Of a stretch of 64,000 nt of DNA, positions 62,001-64,000 are shown piece after piece. The stretch is taken from IMG/VR virus record IMGVR_UViG_3300033981_002321, positions 11,394-75,393 of that record; one strand, 5' to 3'. How positions within the stretch are numbered: the first letter of the stretch is position 1; each line of letters begins with the position of its first letter. Source of the stretch: a virus. The notes beneath the pieces are model-generated. The model had not been told where the DNA came from. It did not search any database and saw only the letters and a list, made by a program, of their open reading frames with translations. Position numbers and translations under genes: made by a program.

Positions 62001-62383
62001 TTGACTACTCTAAATGGATCGGACTGCCTCACAGGTTTGCCGCTGATCCCGATGATGGCGAGGGGGCGGATTGCTTGATTCTAGCTCACAAGATATTGAT
62101 TTCTGCTGGCGCCCCATGTCCGCCACTTAACGGCGAATGGCTGCAACTTGCTCTTGCTAGGCAATGGGATCAACTTGAGCAAGAGTGGCACAGGTACATG
62201 GTTGCGGTTAAGATCCCCAGGGATTTTGATTTGTATATGACAAGAAACCCCGAGACGGGCTTCAGCATTGCGACGGTTGTCGAGGACGGCGTTGTGTTTG
62301 TGAGCCACAGAAAGGGGGTGGCATGGATTCCGTTAGGATTGGTTCAGGGGAATTTCTGGAGAGTCCGCTGTGCTTCCGGCTGA
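61997..62383 (+). CDS. NlpC/P60-like tail assembly protein (gpK-like)
   Basis: 'WIGLPH..........DC.IL' motif. Confidence 0.7.
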   Translation: MIDYSKWIGLPHRFAADPDDGEGADCLILAHKILISAGAPCPPLNGEWLQLALARQWDQLEQEWHRYMVAVKIPRDFDLYMTRNPETGFSIATVVEDGVVFVSHRKGVAWIPLGLVQGNFWRVRCASG

Positions 62384-64000
62384 TCGTTACGTTGCTTCCC
62401 TTCTGGGACTGACCGAAGAGCAATACAAATTCTGGAAGGATTATGTAGAGGAGCAGGCGAGGAAGGGGCCCCAGCCTGCAGTTGTTTGCGGTGAACCAGT
62501 TTCAACAACAATAGCAACCATTTCCCTGGTTTTGTCAGTTATTGGTGTTGGTTTTCAGATTATCGGCTTTCTGCTGCAGTCAAGACCTGGCAGGCCAGCA
62601 GAACTTCAGACAAGGAATAAGAACGGCAATAACCAAATAGGAATTTCCTCCTTCGCCCCCCGTGCTGGTTTTGATGCAATCCAAGACGTTGCGGCGCTCG
62701 GGGCTCCCATTCCAGTAATTTACGCAAACAGAGAGACGATTGATGGCAAGACTTATGGAGGGGTGAGGGCGAATCTTTCGTTGCTGTGGTCTCAGGTCTG
62801 GAGCCTTGGCGGAAGCCAGATGCTTAGGGCCGTTTTCATGATAGGAGAAGGGGATGTTGAGTCAGTTGATCCACTTGGTTTTGCAATCGGGGATAATACA
62901 ATTGGCGCCTATGATTTACTTAGTGCATCCGCCAACCAGTCGGGTAGTCGAATCACTATCTATTACAAAGGGGATGGGGGTCGCATTGTATCTGGTGACA
63001 GAATTGCCGGCAGAGCCGCCAGTCAAGACCCTGGAAACGCCCAAAATTCCGGTGGAGATGACGTTTTCTCGATCCTTTCTGTTGGAAATGATTGGGCCAA
63101 AGATTTTTCCTCAACTAGCAAGCCAAGCAATAGCACGACATTTGGCGTATTTAGATTAATTGGAAACAATCTTGCCTTTAAGCTAAATCCAAACGTTCGC
63201 CCTGGTGTGAATGCAAGGCTTAAGCCCGTTGGTGACGAGGGCGATGCAAAGGTTGAGTGCCCAATTGATAATGTCGCAAATGTGCAAAGGCAGAAATTTG
63301 AAGCGACGTTTTCTTCTCGCTCAGGAATCGTCTCCGGTGGCTTTAGCGAGGGAGACACGTTTACATACAAATTGCTCAGCGGCAGTGATTTTCAAACCGA
63401 ATACTCTTATGGCATTGCAAACGAAGAGGGTTGGGAATCTAAAAAGGAGTTAAATAGAGGGCCTGTCGTTTATTCAAAAACGGGTGCAACTCTAACGATT
63501 GATTGGCTGTCTTTTCTTACTGTTGAGGCTCCTTCTATTGACACGGTTGCTCAAACATCTTCTGTGAGGGTGTTGTTTGACACGACGGCTGCTGGATCTG
63601 CTCTTGCCGGTGCAGCGGAGGGGCGCTACAGAGTAGAGTATTGGGTTAAGCTTGAAAACGATGAGATCAAAGAAGATATATCCTCTTTCTTTGATGCCAT
63701 AATCACGATCTACAAGGATCAAACGCTCTACGAGGCGCAGAAGAACAATGATGGGCTGGTAACAGATATTGTTGTCACTTCTGGGACCGGCGGTGGCTTT
63801 ACTAGGTTTGAGTATGAGATTTCAAATGATTCTACGCCCCTGTCTGCCCAAAACGGAAATCTGAGGGCTGATATTAACTTTGATTTCTCTGAGCTTGATG
63901 CTTACCTGGAAAAGGCCGATGACGCAGCTTCTTCTGTTGCGGCAAGGCAAAAATCTTGGGATGATGCAATTGTTGTCGGAGAAATGTATAAAGTTGGCTC
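62370..64000 (+). CDS. Tail tip/host-specificity protein (partial, runs off the window)
   Basis: GTG start MLPADRYVASLLGLTEEQY...; 'G.PIPVIY', 'LLWSQ.WS.G..Q.L'; still in frame at the window end (DDAIVVGEMYKVG). Confidence 0.8.
   Translation, partial: MLPADRYVASLLGLTEEQYKFWKDYVEEQARKGPQPAVVCGEPVSTTIATISLVLSVIGVGFQIIGFLLQSRPGRPAELQTRNKNGNNQIGISSFAPRAGFDAIQDVAALGAPIPVIYANRETIDGKTYGGVRANLSLLWSQVWSLGGSQMLRAVFMIGEGDVESVDPLGFAIGDNTIGAYDLLSASANQSGSRITIYYKGDGGRIVSGDRIAGRAASQDPGNAQNSGGDDVFSILSVGNDWAKDFSSTSKPSNSTTFGVFRLIGNNLAFKLNPNVRPGVNARLKPVGDEGDAKVECPIDNVANVQRQKFEATFSSRSGIVSGGFSEGDTFTYKLLSGSDFQTEYSYGIANEEGWESKKELNRGPVVYSKTGATLTIDWLSFLTVEAPSIDTVAQTSSVRVLFDTTAAGSALAGAAEGRYRVEYWVKLENDEIKEDISSFFDAIITIYKDQTLYEAQKNNDGLVTDIVVTSGTGGGFTRFEYEISNDSTPLSAQNGNLRADINFDFSELDAYLEKADDAASSVAARQKSWDDAIVVGEMYKVG

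Noticed and set aside
1-64000. Stop-codon reassignment, HIP1 enrichment, tRNA genes, integrase
   Set aside because: Genes tile well in the standard code; no GCGATCGC enrichment, cloverleaf or recombinase motifs noticed (manual scan only).

Overview
This is a 64-kb segment of a tailed dsDNA phage genome with a siphovirus-type tail (tape measure plus tail tube, no sheath seen). The host is most likely a picocyanobacterium (Synechococcus/Cyanobium-like). That call is inferred from the cyanophage-type ThyX, the 'MLSTxxRLRxEFIC' protein and the style of the tail genes. Layout: (i) 1-2.5 kb, the end of a duplicated tail/virion gene module; (ii) 2.8-3.2 kb, a densely base-paired non-coding region with its own promoter and terminator, convergent with a Pol-beta (RlaP/YcgL-like) nucleotidyltransferase; (iii) 3.2-16.1 kb, a leftward arm of small genes plus an AEP-fold replication-initiator-like gene; (iv) 16.2-34.6 kb, a rightward early arm of about 50 small genes driven by eight near-consensus sigma70 promoters, seven of them followed by a 5' hairpin; (v) 35.4-39.2 kb, TerS-like and RepL-like genes, a layered tandem-repeat tract and a compositionally distinct one-gene island (candidate genome end or origin); (vi) 39.3-64 kb, thyX, TerL, portal, scaffold, SPP1-gp13-like capsid, neck, tail tube, fibre, chaperone, a 2147-aa tape measure and tail tip. 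The best candidates for new biology are the ~390-nt structured RNA, the promoter+hairpin cassette family, a roughly 5-fold over-represented non-palindromic GGGGCG/CGCCCC motif that sits at a fixed position at several promoters, a putative RHH operator regulon and an apparent +1 tail-chaperone frameshift. All family assignments come from motif recognition by eye; no database search was run.
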